Shown here: one piece after another, positions 1 to 12,714 of the stretch
How the letters are laid out: each line of letters begins with the position of its first letter
Position numbering within the stretch: the first letter of the stretch is position 1
From: Ylistrum balloti
Lineage: Eukaryota
Reading direction: 5' to 3'
DNA: 64,000 nucleotides
NCBI RefSeq assembly: GCF_031769215.1
Contig: NW_026782754.1
Coordinates: forward strand, 372,001-436,000
Notes under the pieces: model-generated
Seen by the model: only the letters and a program-made list of their open reading frames with translations
What the model was told of the DNA's origin: nothing
Databases searched by the model: none
Program-made: the position numbers and the translations under genes

Positions 1-1928
1 AATTAGACTCTTCACAAAATTATAACACTCTTTGAGAGAACTTGATAAAGATTATCAGTTTCAAACTAACGCTAGTCGACACTCGCTGTTGTGTCTACCA
101 TCCATCACTGTTTTGATCGAGGATAGCCGAGTTTATCACGTGACCTTTCGGAATCTCGTTTTAACCCGACATTTTGATATGAATTCTCACTATCCATACT
201 TATGTAAATAGCCAAACCTTAATTTGCCAGCCATGTTTTAACTCTTATACGCGTGACAGAGCAAAATAAATTAACCTGAATCTAAAATTGCATGCGTAAA
301 GACATTGTTTACACTCTCCGAACGATAATGATATAAATTATTGTTGGATCGCTCCTATTTTATTTAATTTTTTGACGCTGTTATTAGAACAGTTATGCAA
401 AAAAAATCATATCAGAAAATATACACTTTTCAACAAAATGTTACAATGCTTTTTAACAGTTATGAAATGAATATTTAACCATTTAGTCCTTTGGATAAAG
501 TACATGATTGCTATTCTGTCCGAACGTCCGTATCGAGATTGAAAAACAAATGTAAAACCAAAATACTGCTAATGCCACATATCCTTTTCCTACACACGTC
601 TGCGGATGAGAATGGTATCACAATACAGTTGATTTCTAAGACTAACAGAGAAGTGTATTGAATTGGTACATGTAGATCTACCATCCGAGAGAGCACAGCA
701 TCTGTAGCAGAATGACTGATCCGAGGTACCGGAGTTTGGCGCCAAATTGTGTCGTTTGAGTCGAAGAAAAAGAAATGTAATCTACCGATATAGTTTGTAC
801 ACAAGCCTTATCATCTTAAAATCCCATTACATATCGGAAAGATTGCTAAGTATTTCCAACAAATCAAAGATGTCAAATATTTTATCGAACGAAGAAACAA
901 GGACAAATAACGATATGCTGTATCTGACTTTCAAATTTACAGCAATGAAATATTTTTTGTGAGTACTACATTTGATTACCAATTCCTAATGATTAGGAGA
1001 CAAGCTATAATTGAGGTTTTTATTTTTATTTATTTGTCATCTTATTTTCTATGAAGATATATGAAGTCACATTTTTTTCAGTAAGCATTCCACATCCGGC
1101 GTGCTTGCGAATGCTAATTTCTCCATTGGTAAACACACACCTAGTACTTATCTTCGTTTATTGAAATATGGCGAATCGACAAGGGATTTAAAAAAACGTC
1201 GATGAAAAATAATTCGACTTTCTCATATTATTTCCAAAATGAAATATAAAAATGAATACTTTTTGAGTCAAATGCTCATCCTTAATCTTGATGTATACAA
1301 CAGCCAGTTTGCTGTATCTATGTTATGAGTACACCAAGATATGTCTCTTTAGATATATGTAGGTATTTTTGACGGATGTGTTATTTTTTTCAAAGCTATT
1401 TCGACAAAATACGACGAACGACAAATTAACTGATTATTTTTACATACAATTTCTATAATCATAAAGACCTAATTAACTATTATCGTTTATCGATTTTAGA
1501 TATTATAAAGTGGATGTGTTATACATTTTGTTCTACAGTATGACTTGGCCTGTTTAACAGCTAAACATAATTATATTTCAGTATTTGATGGACGTTCGAT
1601 ATAACGTTAAAGTGAAATGAATTTTTCTTGGTCCTTCATCCAACTGAAACCATCACCGAAAAAACTGTCATTGTATAAGCTTCAAATATTTTACTAAGGT
1701 AACCATTTTTTTAAGTTTTGACGAAAATCTGAAATACGAAATACTTTAAAATCGTTCGGTTTTTTTTATCTAAAATAATCTATGAAGTTTTCAATTTCTG
1801 AAAAACACCATTCTAATGTGCAATGCAATTACGGAGTTCTGTTAATGTACAGAAGATTCTTACTAACAGAGAGTAAAGACTGAAAAAAAAACCACAAGAA
1901 AAGGATACTCATGAAATTGTATACCTAC

Positions 1929-2516
1929 TGCAAATATCTGTGAAAGACAAACTGCTAATCCGCATGTGAGGGCCTTCGGTACCAATACATCCCTCTTAAG
2001 TTCCAATGTAGAAAAATAACAAAACACAACGACAAAAGTTGCGAGAAATTCGAACCCAAATGCTTGCCCTTTGTCCACGTCTCTGTGAGGCATCGTCACG
2101 CCAAGGTTCCCTTGATACTTTGTAGGGGTGAGCCCGTAAAGGATCCCAGCCCCTGCCAAGGCTCCGACCATCTGTACCAGTAAATAGGTCAAGGCCTTGA
2201 CTATCGTAATGTAGCGCGCGCACAACATGGCAATAGTGATTGATGGGTTAAAATGGCCGCCACTTCCATGGCCAAAGGACTGGACAAGAACAGATTCGGA
2301 CAGTCCGAAAGAAACAGCTGTCTTTGTTTCGTATGAGTAGTAGTAATCGGCTTCTATCGGGTGATTTCGTAGAACGGCAGCCCCACATCCGAACACAACG
2401 TATAGCAGAGTTCCTAGAAACTCGCACCGCACACCTTTCCAGAAACCTTTTGTCTGAACTTCGGCTTTTGTCTTTTCCCATTGTTCTTTCATGCCCATTT
2501 TACACCACTCTTTCAT
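1929..2516 (-). CDS. Aquaporin (MIP family), first coding exon covering TM1-TM5; AQP4/big-brain-like
   Basis: ORF has MIP hallmarks: EFLGTLLYVVFGCG (TM1), SGGHFNPSIT (loop B), QMVGALAGAGILYGLTP (TM3), GFEFLATFVVVF (TM4), GLAVCLSQIFA (TM5). A phase-0 donor GCA|gtaggt at 1929/1928 falls at the same position as the ...LFA|I junction of AQP4-type genes. The ORF tail beyond 1929 is intron read-through. The start Met is ambiguous (MKEWCKMGMKE). No exon with the second NPA box was found in 1-1928. Confidence 0.93.
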
Positions 2517-5500
2517 GCATGTATCAAAGTCGATGAGGTATGTAGAAATGAACGTTGTGCATCAGTAAGGTAAAAATATTGACCAAAAATGTAATTTTTC
2601 CACACAAAGTTTTTGCCAAGAATTTGCGTCCTCCACGCCGATACCGTACCTGTGCGTGAATACTCCAGGGACCCTACTCACATCTCACTAACGTTTTACT
2701 GTCCGTGAAAATCGAATCACCAAGGAAAGTGTATAATTTTATGTTCCATGCATGTCCCATTGAAAGGATCATATATCTAATTATAACAAAGGACTTGACG
2801 TTGAGTGCTCCCTCCATTTATTATTGTCTGTATCAGTAGAGTATATATAACTTATCTTATCCTTCAAGGCCATACATATATCATCAACGGCACGGCAAAA
2901 AAGAGGCTTATTCCAAAGGTCCTAAGAGAAAAAACAATTCCAGACAGTTGTGATTCAGTCCATTCATCAAGCCATCTTCAACGAAAAAAAAATCATTGAA
3001 GGTTTCTTCACTGTCATTGACGTATCAATAAGTATTATGTATACTACAGATTACAGGGCAATGTCAGCCAGCCACTGATTGAAGATACGCAAAGAGACAT
3101 ACATAACTATCTTTAAACTGTTCCGTTGATCTAGAAAATATCAACTGTCTTATAAGATGCTTGAGAGTATTGACATGCTGGTACCAGACCTAAGATTGAT
3201 AATATACATACACATGTCTGTCTCAATTACCATCCAGCTGAATTATAGAAATCAGTAATTGTGTTGCCCATTTGTGAGGCGATGAACTACAGAGAACACT
3301 ATCTAAAGTTGAACGATCTAATAACTGGAATCATCGATCGATAGATAAATCCGGCAGGAGTATCACACCAGCAATGTTTATACCTAACAGATTAGCTGAA
3401 AATAGAATGAGTTATATTCTGTATGCTTTCTCAGATCACAGTGCACGCTTTTTGATATCCCCTGAGTGGAATTTACTTAACTGCTGAAATAGTTACAATT
3501 AAAACTTCTCTTGAAGTCTGAAGCGATTTCTTTATGGAAATGTCCAAACTTGATCAGCATCTATTCACGTCAATGTTAAATCTGATGTTTCTAAAAGTTT
3601 AAGATGTTCTTTTGTTGAAGTTCCGGAATATGAACCAAACCAGCGTTTATACTTTAGAAAGTTATAATTGATGACACTAAAAATGTCCAATCGTACCAAC
3701 ATTTATATTCCAGAACGCTGATTCTTTAAGAGTTAAAACCTTACTGCTGCATTGGTACTCCGGATGGTTATAGCTGGTACCACTTCGTGGCCTGATCGTG
3801 TCACTTTTGATATGCCAGAATATCAGATTTATTACCACTAAAAGTCCATTCCGCACCGTTGCCGAACTAAAAATCCAAACGGTACCAGTGTTAACATTCC
3901 GGAATGTTACAGCGGGTACCACTTAAAGTCCAAACCGTACCGTCGTGATTCTCCGGAACTGATATAACTGATATATACTTCTGAAACCCGTTGCGCCGAA
4001 CTTGGTCGGGGCGTTTTCCTGTGTATCACTGCTAGAACTCCTAGAATCGATACCGAACACCGGTATATATCTCCGCGGGATCATCACCAACCGACTTCTT
4101 AACAGACTATATGTAAATGGCCGCTGACTTGTGTAGCATTAGAAGGCCTTTAGCTGGTTCTCGTTTCATACCACCTTTGCTATTATTGGGTAAAAAAGTT
4201 ATTTATTCCGGTCCGGATTTAACCTAAACCTGTAAGATTACCCTCGACCTTCTGAACATTAGTGTGCTGTAAAATGGCAAAGGAAAAGTTAACATGCTGC
4301 CCCGATGTGTTTTGTGTGGTGCCATGTATACTAACCACGTTGTAATTTGCAAATGAAATTGTACAAAGTGTTGCTTCCGTCTCTGATAAGCATTTCGTCG
4401 GTAATGAGTATCATTAGATGGAACGAACAAACTTTCTGAAGCAGTAGATTACTCTTGGTGCTGACTTTGAATCTAAGATAAAATCCGAAGGATTCAGGTT
4501 TTGAGAGTTTTTCTTGTTAATACATATAGTTTTGCTTTATGAAATGTTTGAGTGTTTTTTCGTTTAATTTAGAACGATGGAAAGATTGTGATGCTAGATT
4601 TGGTACAAGTGGGCTAATATGGATACAATGATATTGGGACGGCAAAAAAGAGGCAGAGAATACTCTAAGACAAGGTCATGAACATACAACTAACAATTTA
4701 AAACAATATCTAGAGGACTCGATATCAATTGTTTCAATATGAACTAACGAAATAACATTTATATGAACATTCACGCAGTTTTGATTTTATTTAAAAATGA
4801 ATTCGGTGAGTAAGGAAAGTCAAATCTTATAATCATACGAGAGTAGTTAAAATGATATAGCATATTGGCGTTTTATGGTGGCAGCGGGCGGGGTCTTATG
4901 CACAGAGGTAGAGTTTGATAATTGGTACGGAGTGGTTACTGACGACCACACGTTAAACAGTTCTTAGAATTCGAAATTTTTTCTAGACAAACAGCAATTC
5001 TTAAGCTGATAATGTCACACAAATGTATAATTTTGTCAAATATTTCTCCTCTTTACAGCAATATTCCGGAAACCAAATTGCCCGAGTTTTCCTGTATGTA
5101 CCAAAAACGCCTGGGTTTAAAGCAAAGCGATGATCAAGTTCGCTGCGGAGAACTTATCAACTTTTTAACCTTTCACGTAAACGCCAAGATTAATTTACTA
5201 CTTGCTAAAGAATGTAATTAACCATGTACTCCCGATGTTCTGTTCTCAGTTTGTTTCAATCATTTTTTGTGTATTTATAACCAGAGGGTTTGTTTAATTA
5301 CATGTTTTAAATACGTGAAATGAGATATTTCTTCCATTTACCACACCGATCTTTAAAATACATCTGTTTTGCAAAATTTACGTATTTCAAGATGCAACGT
5401 GTATATTGCTTCCTACAGTGAATAAGACTCCAACATGCGAACGAAATTATCGCCCGACAAAGATCAGGATAACTTTCGTTCGGAAAAGGATCAATGATGC

Positions 5501-5754
5501 TAAGCAAGGAATTTGTTAATTACTTTCATGGATATGCAAAATACCTTTTTATAGCTTGTTTGTTTAAATATTTTGTGTTTTAAAGATTTTGAGATGTTTC
5601 CATAAATATCTTAGTTAATACTCTTGGTCACAAGACAATATATCGATCGATCTAAAAACAGACACGTTGTCCAGTATTTCATAATGATATGCTTTATGAA
5701 ACGGTCGTTCTGATTTAATATTGTTCGATACCGAGACACACTATATAAGGACTG

Positions 5755-8650
5755 ATAAGGAGAAACTCGCATAACGACTGGTAACAACGTACTCTGCAAA
5801 ACGAGCGGTAAGGAGACACTCCGTATAACGAGTGGTAAGGAGACACGACGTATAACGAGTGGTAAGGAGACACTACGTATAACGAGTGTTAAGGAGACAC
5901 TCCGTATAACGAGTGGTAAGGAGACACTCCGTATAACGAGTGGTAAGGAGACACGACGTATAACGAGTGGTAAGGAGACACTACGTATAACGAGCGGTAA
6001 GGAGACACTCCGTATAACGAGTGGTAAGGAGACACGACGTATAACGAGTGGTAAGGAGACACTACGTATAACGAGTGTTAAGGAGACACTCCGTATAACG
6101 AGCGGTAAGGTGACACTCCGTATAACGAGTGGTAAGGAGACACGACGTATAACGAGTGGTAAGGAGACACGACGTATAACGAGTGGTAAGGAGACACTAC
6201 GTATAACGAGTGTTAAGGAGACACTCCGTATAACGAGCGGTAAGGTGACACTCCGTATAACGAGTGGTAAGGAGACACGACGTATAACGAGTGGTAAGGA
6301 GACACGACGTATAACGAGTGGTAAGGAGACACTCCGTATAACGAGTGATAAGGAGACATTCTATATAACGAGTGTTAAGGAGACACTCCGTATAACGAGT
6401 GTTAAGGAGACATTCTGTATAACGAGTGGTAAGGAGACACTACGTATAACGAGTGGTAAGGGGAAACTCCGTATAACGAGTGGTAAGGAGACACTCCGTA
6501 TAACGAGCGGCAAGGAGACACTCCGTATAACGAGCGGTAAGGAGACACTCCGTATAACGAGTGGTAAGGAGACACGACGTATAACGAGTGGTAAGGAGAC
6601 ACTCCGTATAACGAGTGGTAAGGAGACACTCCGTATAACGAGTGGTAAGGAGACATTCTGTATAACGAGTGTTAAGGAGACACTCCGTATAACGAGTGGT
6701 AAGGAGACACTCCGTATAACGAGTGGTAAGGAGACACTCCGTATAACGAGTGGTAAGGAGACACTCCGTATAACGAGTGTTAAGGAGACATTCTGTATAA
6801 CGAGTGGTAAGGAGACACTCCGTATAACGAGTGTTAAGAGGAAACTCTGTATAACGAGTGGTAAGGAGACACTCCGTATAACGAGTGGTAAGAGGAAACT
6901 CTGTATAACGAGTGGTAAGGAGACACTCCGTATAACGAGTGGTAAGGAGACATTCTGTATAACGAGTGGTAAGGAGACACTCCGTATAACGAAACTCTGT
7001 ATAACGAGGTAAGGAGACTCCGTATAACGAGTGGTAAAGGAAACTCGTATAACGAGTGGTAAGGAGACATTCCGTATAACGAGTGGTAAGGAGACACTCC
7101 GTATAACGAGTGGTAAGGAGACACTCCGTATAACGAGTGGTAAGGAGACACTCCGTATAACGAGTGGTAAGGAGACACTCCGTATAACGAGTGTTAAGGA
7201 GACATTCTGTATAACGAGTGGTAAGGAGACGTATAACGACGTATAACGAGTGGTAAGTATAACGAGTGGTAAGGAGACACTACGTATAACGAGTGTTAAG
7301 GAGACACTCCGTATAACGAGTGGTAAGGAGACACTCCGTATAACGAGTGGTAAGGAGACACTCCGTATAACGAGTGGTAAGAGGAAACTCTGTATAACGA
7401 GTGGTAAGGAGACACTCCGTATAACGAGTGGTAAGGAGACACTCCGTATAACGAGTAGTAAGGAAACACTCCGTATAACGAGTGGTAAGGGGAAACTCTG
7501 TATAACGAGTGGTAAGGGGAAACTCTGTATAACGAGTGGTAAGGAGACACTCCGTATAACGAGTGGTAAGGAGACACTCCGTATAACGAGTGTTAAGGAG
7601 ACACTCTGTATAACGAGTGGTAAGGAGAAACTTCTCCGTATAACGAGCGGTAAAGTGGTAAGAGGACACTCTGTATAAAGGAGACACTCCGTATAACGAG
7701 TGGTAAGAGGAAACTCTGTATAACGAGTGGTAAGGGGAAACTCCGTATAACGAGTGGTAAGGAGACACTCCGTATAACGAGTGGTAAGGAGACACTCCGT
7801 ATAACGAGTGGTAAGGAGACACTCCGTATAACGAGTGGTAAGGAGACACTCTGTATAACGAGTGGTAAGGAGACACTCCGTATAACGAGTAGTAAGGAGA
7901 CACTCCGTATAACGAGTGGTAAGGAGACACTCCGTATAACGAGTGGTAAGAGGAAACTCTGTATAACGAGTGGTAAGAGGAAACTCCGTATAACGAGTGG
8001 TAAGGAGACACTCCGTATAACGAGTGGTAAGGAGACACTCCGTATAACGAGTGGTAAGGAGACATTCTGTATAATGAGTGATAAGGAGACATTCTGTATA
8101 ACGAGTGGTAAGGAGACACTCTGTATAACTAGTGGTAAGGAGAAACTCCGCATAACGAGTGGTAGACAGAGACACTCCGTATAACGAGTGGTAAGGAGAC
8201 ACTACGTATAACGAGTGGTAAGGAGACACTCCGTATAACGAGTGTTAAGGAGACACTCTGTATAACGAGTGGTAAGGAGAAACTTCTTGTAACGAGCGGC
8301 TAGGAGAAACTCCGTATAACGAGTGGTAAGGAGACACTACGTATAACGAGTAGTAAGGAGACACTCCGTATAACGAGTGGTAAGGAAACACTCCGTATAA
8401 CGAGCGGTAAGGAGAAACTTCTTGTAACGAGCGGCTAGGAGAAACTCCGTATAACGAGCGGTAAGGAGACACTCCGTATAACTAGTGGTAAGGAGAAACT
8501 CCGCATAACGAGTGGTAGACAGAGACACTCCGTATAACGAGTGGTAAGGAGACACTCCGTATAACGAGCGGCAAGGAGACACTCCGTATAACGAGTGGTA
8601 AGAAGAAACTCCGTATAACGAGCGGTAAGGTGACACTCTGTATAACGAGT
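5755..8650. repeat. Tandem array of a 27-bp unit (CCGTATAACGAGTGGTAAGGAGACACT), roughly 105 copies
   Basis: Directly visible; 9-aa periodicity (ITSGKETLR / SPYHSLYGV / TTRYTECLL) in every ORF over the region. Confidence 0.98.
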
Positions 8651-8720
8651 AGGGACGCACTCTATGTAATGAGTCTGTTTCTCTCTGTCCGTCCGTCCGT
8701 CCCTCCGCCCGAGAATACAT
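8651..8720 (+). mobile_element. Possible 5' end of a HINE/Helentron-like element ((GTCC)n microsatellite) abutting the 27-bp array
   Basis: ctctctgtccgtccgtccgtccc at ~8680-8702 resembles the (GTCY)n tract near HINE 5' ends. No matching 3' end was identified. Confidence 0.3.
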
Positions 8721-11254
8721 GTCGGTCAATTCTTAGTCTCAGCTTAACTGTGACACTTGACAGTACTTACACGTGACCCACATAGGGCCCATTAAGGTCT
8801 ATAATAGTCCCCAAGTGTTCATTCTGGGATTTGGTGCTGTCCAGTAATTGTCCATCACCGTTAATAAGCTTATTTAGCCATATCTACTTCTTCTTCCACC
8901 TAAAAAAGAGGCAAATCGATATTCTCGCCAAAATTAGCGCTGTACTGCCTCAGCGCCTGGTAGGTCGCGGCCTCACGGTGTATTGAGAGTAAATCGGAGT
9001 CGTTATTTCTTAGCCTTAACTGTCCGTTTACGCCGTCATTCTTTGGATCACGCCTTCTCGCTCTCGTGTCTATATCCTACAAACCTATCAATTCATCGTG
9101 TTAGTGTCTTTCCTTTCCTATCTAAAAATGGCCGGACAATTCTCATCATAATGTATTGGACAGCAACCTTCCCGTGGAATTTATTGTCACTGTGTGTAGT
9201 GAAATGGAGAACATGTTTGATGAAAACCAGATTCGATCAACTTCAGTCACGTGTGGAATGGTTATTAGTAAGGGAAAGCGAACTGGATATCGTGAAAATT
9301 TCATTATAGGTCTTGGTAAATACTTGACTAAATCATCTCGCTTTCCTGGTTCCGTAGATGGAAACACTGAAGAGTGCTAATTTGATCTTCTAGTGTCTGT
9401 TCCTATGGTTAAAGGTTTAGGTAAAAACAATCAACGAGCACAGGGATGGAACGAGAGACACTGACAGATTTCTCCTAACAAGTAGTCTGAGTAGTAATTC
9501 CCGAAGTGTACCAACCCTACACAGGGTGGTCTGGTCAACTTAAAACACGAATTTCTTTATGATGATGAGAATGTTAGATTTATTTATTTATTTATCTATT
9601 TATTTAACTATTTATTTATTTATTTATGTTTCCTTGGTTTGTTTGCTTTATTGGTTTGTTCTCAACATAAGCAGGCAGGGTTTTTTTTTTATTCAAAACT
9701 ATAGTTAAATGAATATCGAAACAAATTCATCAATAAATTTTATTACGCAAAGAAATAGAAGACATACCAAATATTTTACCACCCTGTTCTCTCTCTGTTT
9801 TGTGTGTGTATGTGTGTTTTGTATTTTTTTTTTTTTTCTTTCAGATGTTACAAAAATCGCTACATTCACAACAATGTCTAGACTATAGAATGATTTACGA
9901 TATATGAGCGCCTATAGTGGGGAGAATAGGACATAGGTTTAAGGATTAAAAAATAAGATAAATAAATGCTGATAAAATATGGATCGTGACAATACCATAA
10001 TGAACTTGTCAAATGATTATAAGGCTATGGCCTAGAGATATCCCCCAGCCACAATCCCGGAGTATAATGCTTTTACTCTCTTTTAACCAATGAATACATT
10101 CGTTTCAAACGCAGTCTTTACCTTTGAACAGAACTACAGACAGATTGAGTAATGTCGGCTTTATGATGATTTTCAAAAAGCTTTTTAACGGTCTCCGATG
10201 AGTAGAATAGGCGAAATTTCCTGACATAAATTGACAGTTCGTTCCACTGATTGTTGCGCACGGGTGGCGACCTAGTCCGCTAAATTCGCTTATTCACATG
10301 ACAATTTTATCATATATCTTGAAAATTATTGATGTATCAAAGAAAGCAGTTTAAAATTAACAAAAACAGGTAGCAATTCTAAAGATGTATCTCCTAAATT
10401 TTGCAGTGAATACGCCGCTTGAGGTGTGGCACAATGGGCACAGCCATTTTTTGGTAATGACATTCAAAACACTCGAATGCCATCCATTCGTGATTTGCTA
10501 AATGAAAGTTCATGTCAACATGATCCCTAACTGGTTTCTGTCAGATATTCACACGTGCTTTGCAATGAAGATCTGTACTTTAACGAAATTGAACAAAAGT
10601 CATATAATATTGATTTCATGGCGAACTTCCAAACTTTCAAAGGGTAATGGAGTTTTCGGTTGATATCGGACTGAACAGGAAGTCTGCGGAATGATGGGTA
10701 ATTTTTATTGACACAAAGTTACACACACTGAGCGAGTTTGAGTATAACACTTTGCTTGTTACCTGTCCTGTCTGTAATGAAACAAGTACAACAGGAAATG
10801 TTGTTTGGTAATCACTCCTCAGGAAAGTAATGGATTCGTATTAAAACAACGCAATTACACATAAACAACACGAACGAAATTATTTGTTTAGTTACTTAAG
10901 TTTGTTTACTTCAATTAAAGGTTTTCAGTCAATTGCAGGTACGACATAGAACTTCGTGTGTTCATCGGCTAATTACTTTTTTACTATCCAGGCTAATTGA
11001 TTTCAAAGTGACCTAGATACTTTCCTGACGTTTAGTAATGCATGAAATAGTTAATACATCTGTGTGGAGTGCAATGTTTATGACTGAAAATTCAATATTT
11101 GCACTATGTATGTATTTTTCTTTCAATTTTCACAACACAACTACTAATAATACATTAACCTGTCTACTACACATGCTTTTTCTGCGGTTAAACAATGTCA
11201 GGCTACTTTCTAGACAATCTTTGTATACATTGTCGTTATCATGAAAATTTCTTG

Positions 11255-11500
11255 AAAATCCCGGCATACATTGCGATTTTCGTGATAATCTCGGCATATA
11301 TTGTGACTTTCTTGATTGTCAAGGTATATATTGTGATCTTCGTGATAATCTCCGTATTCATTGCAATTTTCGTGATAATTTTGGTATCCATTTGGTATCT
11401 CACGATAATCTCTGTAGATGTTGCAATTTTCATAATAAACTCGGTATATATAGCAATTTCCGTATTAATATCGGTATCATTGTACCAAACATCTCGGTAT
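11255..11500. repeat. Degenerate ~30-bp minisatellite (GATAATCTCGGTATATATTGCGATTTTCGT-like)
   Basis: About 8 diverged units; explains the IIS/VYIVIFV-like periodicity of ORF 11195..11665. Confidence 0.7.
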
Positions 11501-12610
11501 ACAGGTAGCAGTACACAGTTTCATGGTGTTGCTATGGGAGATTCGTTTTCATTACATTACCCTGTTATAAATTTTCTTGATTATCGCGGTATGTATCGTA
11601 ATTTTCGATATAATCTCGGTATACCAGAACTACAATACTACAAGACACCAGGTGGCGCCATTTGACAGCACTAGATATCTTTTTTAAGGTTCTAGTAATT
11701 AGACCTCTGCATTCGAACATTTCTTTCGGTAAGTGAAATTAATACAAACGCACTTATTTACCTCCAAGCTTGTGTTGACGTGCCTCGGGTAGAAGTTCTT
11801 ACACGGCCATAACACTAACCATTAAAATGTTAATATGCCACAAGTACCACAACACTAATTGGCTGTATACATTGTCCAAGTTCAAATGATTCCCCCTTAA
11901 TTAACTAGCATTGACAAAGAAATGACATAGATTCCGCTATTCCAAGCAAAGAGGAAACAAACCGTGTTTCCGATCAATAGTCTTGGTAAGAACATGCCCG
12001 GTATTTAATTATGAAATTTACAAAAACTGGATTAATATATTGAAAAAGTCTTGTTTATCACAAGATGGCGACTAAAACTTCTCATGACAAATTTACTTCC
12101 ATTTCCATAGACAATAATTTGTATTTTTATGACATGGCAAGACACAGCATCTACAAAGGTATAACAATGGTAGAGTGGTGTGGGTAAGTAAACTCCACAA
12201 ACGTGCTGGTGCTTTAGTGTAAACATGGAAATTATGTGTCATTACCACACAACGGTATTGGTAACACGTAGTAAACAAGTATGGGAGCAGTTGAAATGTT
12301 AGTTTTGCGTTTCATATCCTTTCTATGGTTAAGTACCGAGGGTCATATACAACAACTTATCTGCATATATAGCCTGGTTCTCTTTCAACTTTCCTCTCTT
12401 CAGTAAATGGCATGCAAGTATAAATGATAAGTAAAAACGTGTCATTCTTAATAATATAAACCATATGTACAACATCTGGAGAAGTTGTGGTCAAACTTAA
12501 ATTTAAAATGCAGGTGATTAAATTAACTTGTATTTCATACATACAATAAGTTGTTCCCACCTATATTAATCACTCTTGTTGGCTCGGATGGAAACTCACG
12601 AGAGGTCTTA

Positions 12611-12714
12611 CTGTGGGAGGAAACCGGAGTGCACAAGGAAAACCCGTTCCGGGAATCGAACCCCGGACGTCTAGGTGAAACGCAGTGTGTTACCACTTTG
12701 TCAACCGACTACCC
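12611..12714 (-). mobile_element. tRNA-derived SINE fragment (tRNA-like head + CTCCGGTTTCCTCCCAC core, Meta/V-SINE-like)
   Basis: Minus strand reads gggtagtcggttgacaaagtggtaac...ggttcgattccc (A/B-box-like) followed by ctccggtttcctcccacag. Confidence 0.7.

Noticed and set aside
1081-1140. Minus-strand IRKHAGCGMLTE as a possible second aquaporin exon (cf. TGCGINPARS)
   Set aside because: No NP box, no Arg and no suitable phase-0 acceptor; the true exon probably lies left of the window.
3102-3190. Open, AG/GT-flanked minus-strand segment (VWYQHVNTLK...) as an upstream aquaporin exon
   Set aside because: No acceptor links it to the 2516 ORF and it has no recognisable similarity; could be UTR or chance.
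3760-3960. Short palindromes and imperfect repeats upstream of the aquaporin (e.g. taacattccggaatgtta)
   Set aside because: Too short and irregular to define an element or regulatory site.
6110-8729. Long ORFs (300-622 aa) on both strands
   Set aside because: They are translations of the 27-bp tandem repeat, open in several frames at once, with non-ATG starts and no splice context.
8983-10700. Short ORFs near 9.0-9.4 kb and coding-like text near 10.4-10.7 kb
   Set aside because: No recognisable motifs or consistent splice chain.
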